A stretch of DNA of 63,958 nt, filler included, from Octopus bimaculoides (lineage: Eukaryota): NCBI RefSeq assembly GCF_001194135.2. It is 4 parts of 4 records of this genome, joined end to end, with 100 filler letters (N's around TTAATTAATTAA, not from the genome) between each part and the next. Parts side by side here need not be neighbours in the genome. Positions count along the whole stretch, not along the records: positions 59,541 to 63,958 come from NC_068995.1; 3 more parts are not named here. One strand, 5' to 3'. Positions 63,148 to 63,958 of this stretch are shown here, in pieces. The notes under the pieces were generated by a model, which worked only from the letters and a program-made list of their open reading frames with translations, was not told the DNA's origin and did no database searches. The translations under genes were made by a program, and so were the position numbers. The stretch's first letter is position 1. Each line of letters starts with the position of its first letter.

Positions 63148-63466
63148 GGTGCGAAGGTGCATGGCTTAGTGGTTAGGAGCATTCTGCTCACGATCACAAA
63201 ATAGTGGGTTCGATTCTCAGCGGTGTATTGTGTCCTTCAGCAAGACACTTTATTTCACGTTGCTCCAGACCACTCAGCTGTCAAAAACATATGTACCTCT
63301 ATTTCAAAGGACCAGCCCAGTCACACGCTAAACCTCCCTGAGAACTACGTTAATGGTACGTATGTGTGCGGAGTGTTCAGCCAGTTGCACGCTAATTTCA
63401 CGTGCATGGCTGTTCCATTGATCGGATCAAATCGGGCACTCGTCGCCGTAACCGACGGAGTACCAG
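63148..63466 (+). mobile_element. SINE family C, full-length
   Basis: A box tggcttagtgg (63162-63172), B box ggttcgattc (63207-63216), CORE-like gtgtccttcagcaagacactttatttcac, family C body. Confidence 0.9.
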
Positions 63467-63904
63467 TAATTTAATTCCCCCACCCACCCCCACGTGGACG
63501 GTCATCGATTGGTATTGTCTTGTAGAACACAAATGACAGATGGTAGGTGAGTTACTGGAAACTGCAGCGCGGCAGTCTCTGTGTGATATACCGTATCAAT
63601 TATCGATCTATGGGGGTAATCACCTTTCACTCTAATAACTAATGAACGACTAATTAAAGTACTTTATCTAATCAGGTATTTTGCTGTTACCTAGTGACAG
63701 ATAACGGGGGGGAGGGTGGCGGGCAAACCATGGTTGTCAAGAATCAGCTGTCATCGAAATCATTTCATCTCAGTTCGTGATTTCTATAAATCTTCCGAAA
63801 GATATGATATACCTGTTAATTCATTAAGCAACAGGTATGAATTACAAATTATAAATAAATCATTTGTTCAGTTGTTAGTCGTATAGATAAAGGTTGCCGG
63901 GTAC

Positions 63905-63945
<41 letters not shown>

Positions 63946-63958
63946 TGTGTGTGTGTGT

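Noticed and set aside
63148-63230. tRNA-like sequence with A and B boxes
   Set aside because: It is a SINE head: continuous with a repeated body and lacking a complete cloverleaf.

Overview
AT-rich animal genomic scaffold, packed with microsatellites and broken by about 21 N-gaps. The SINE families and repeat landscape suggest a coleoid cephalopod, probably Octopus; this is recognition-based inference, not a database result. I find no intact host protein-coding exon, rRNA, true tRNA or CRISPR array, so the window reads as an intron or intergenic desert. Nearly all ORF-track entries are microsatellite or gap artefacts. What can be recognised is transposon debris: three tRNA-derived SINE groups (here A, B, C), Tc1/mariner elements (two DD37D/maT-type, one mariner, one rosa-like deletion derivative), a pogo/Tigger fragment, hAT-type MITEs, three Penelope-like fragments, an RTE-type LINE 3' end, and two kinds of restriction-like-endonuclease (RLE) non-LTR retrotransposons. 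Best lead: one RLE family has all four 3' ends and both 5'-truncation junctions abutting (CATA)n tracts, including a head-to-tail tandem pair, which suggests a tetranucleotide-microsatellite-targeting retrotransposon. Other leads are a SINE carrying an internal microsatellite, a foldback-like element with inverted 21-bp arrays, an (AAT)20/(ATT)16 palindrome and two pre-miRNA-sized hairpins. Coordinates of degenerate elements are approximate.
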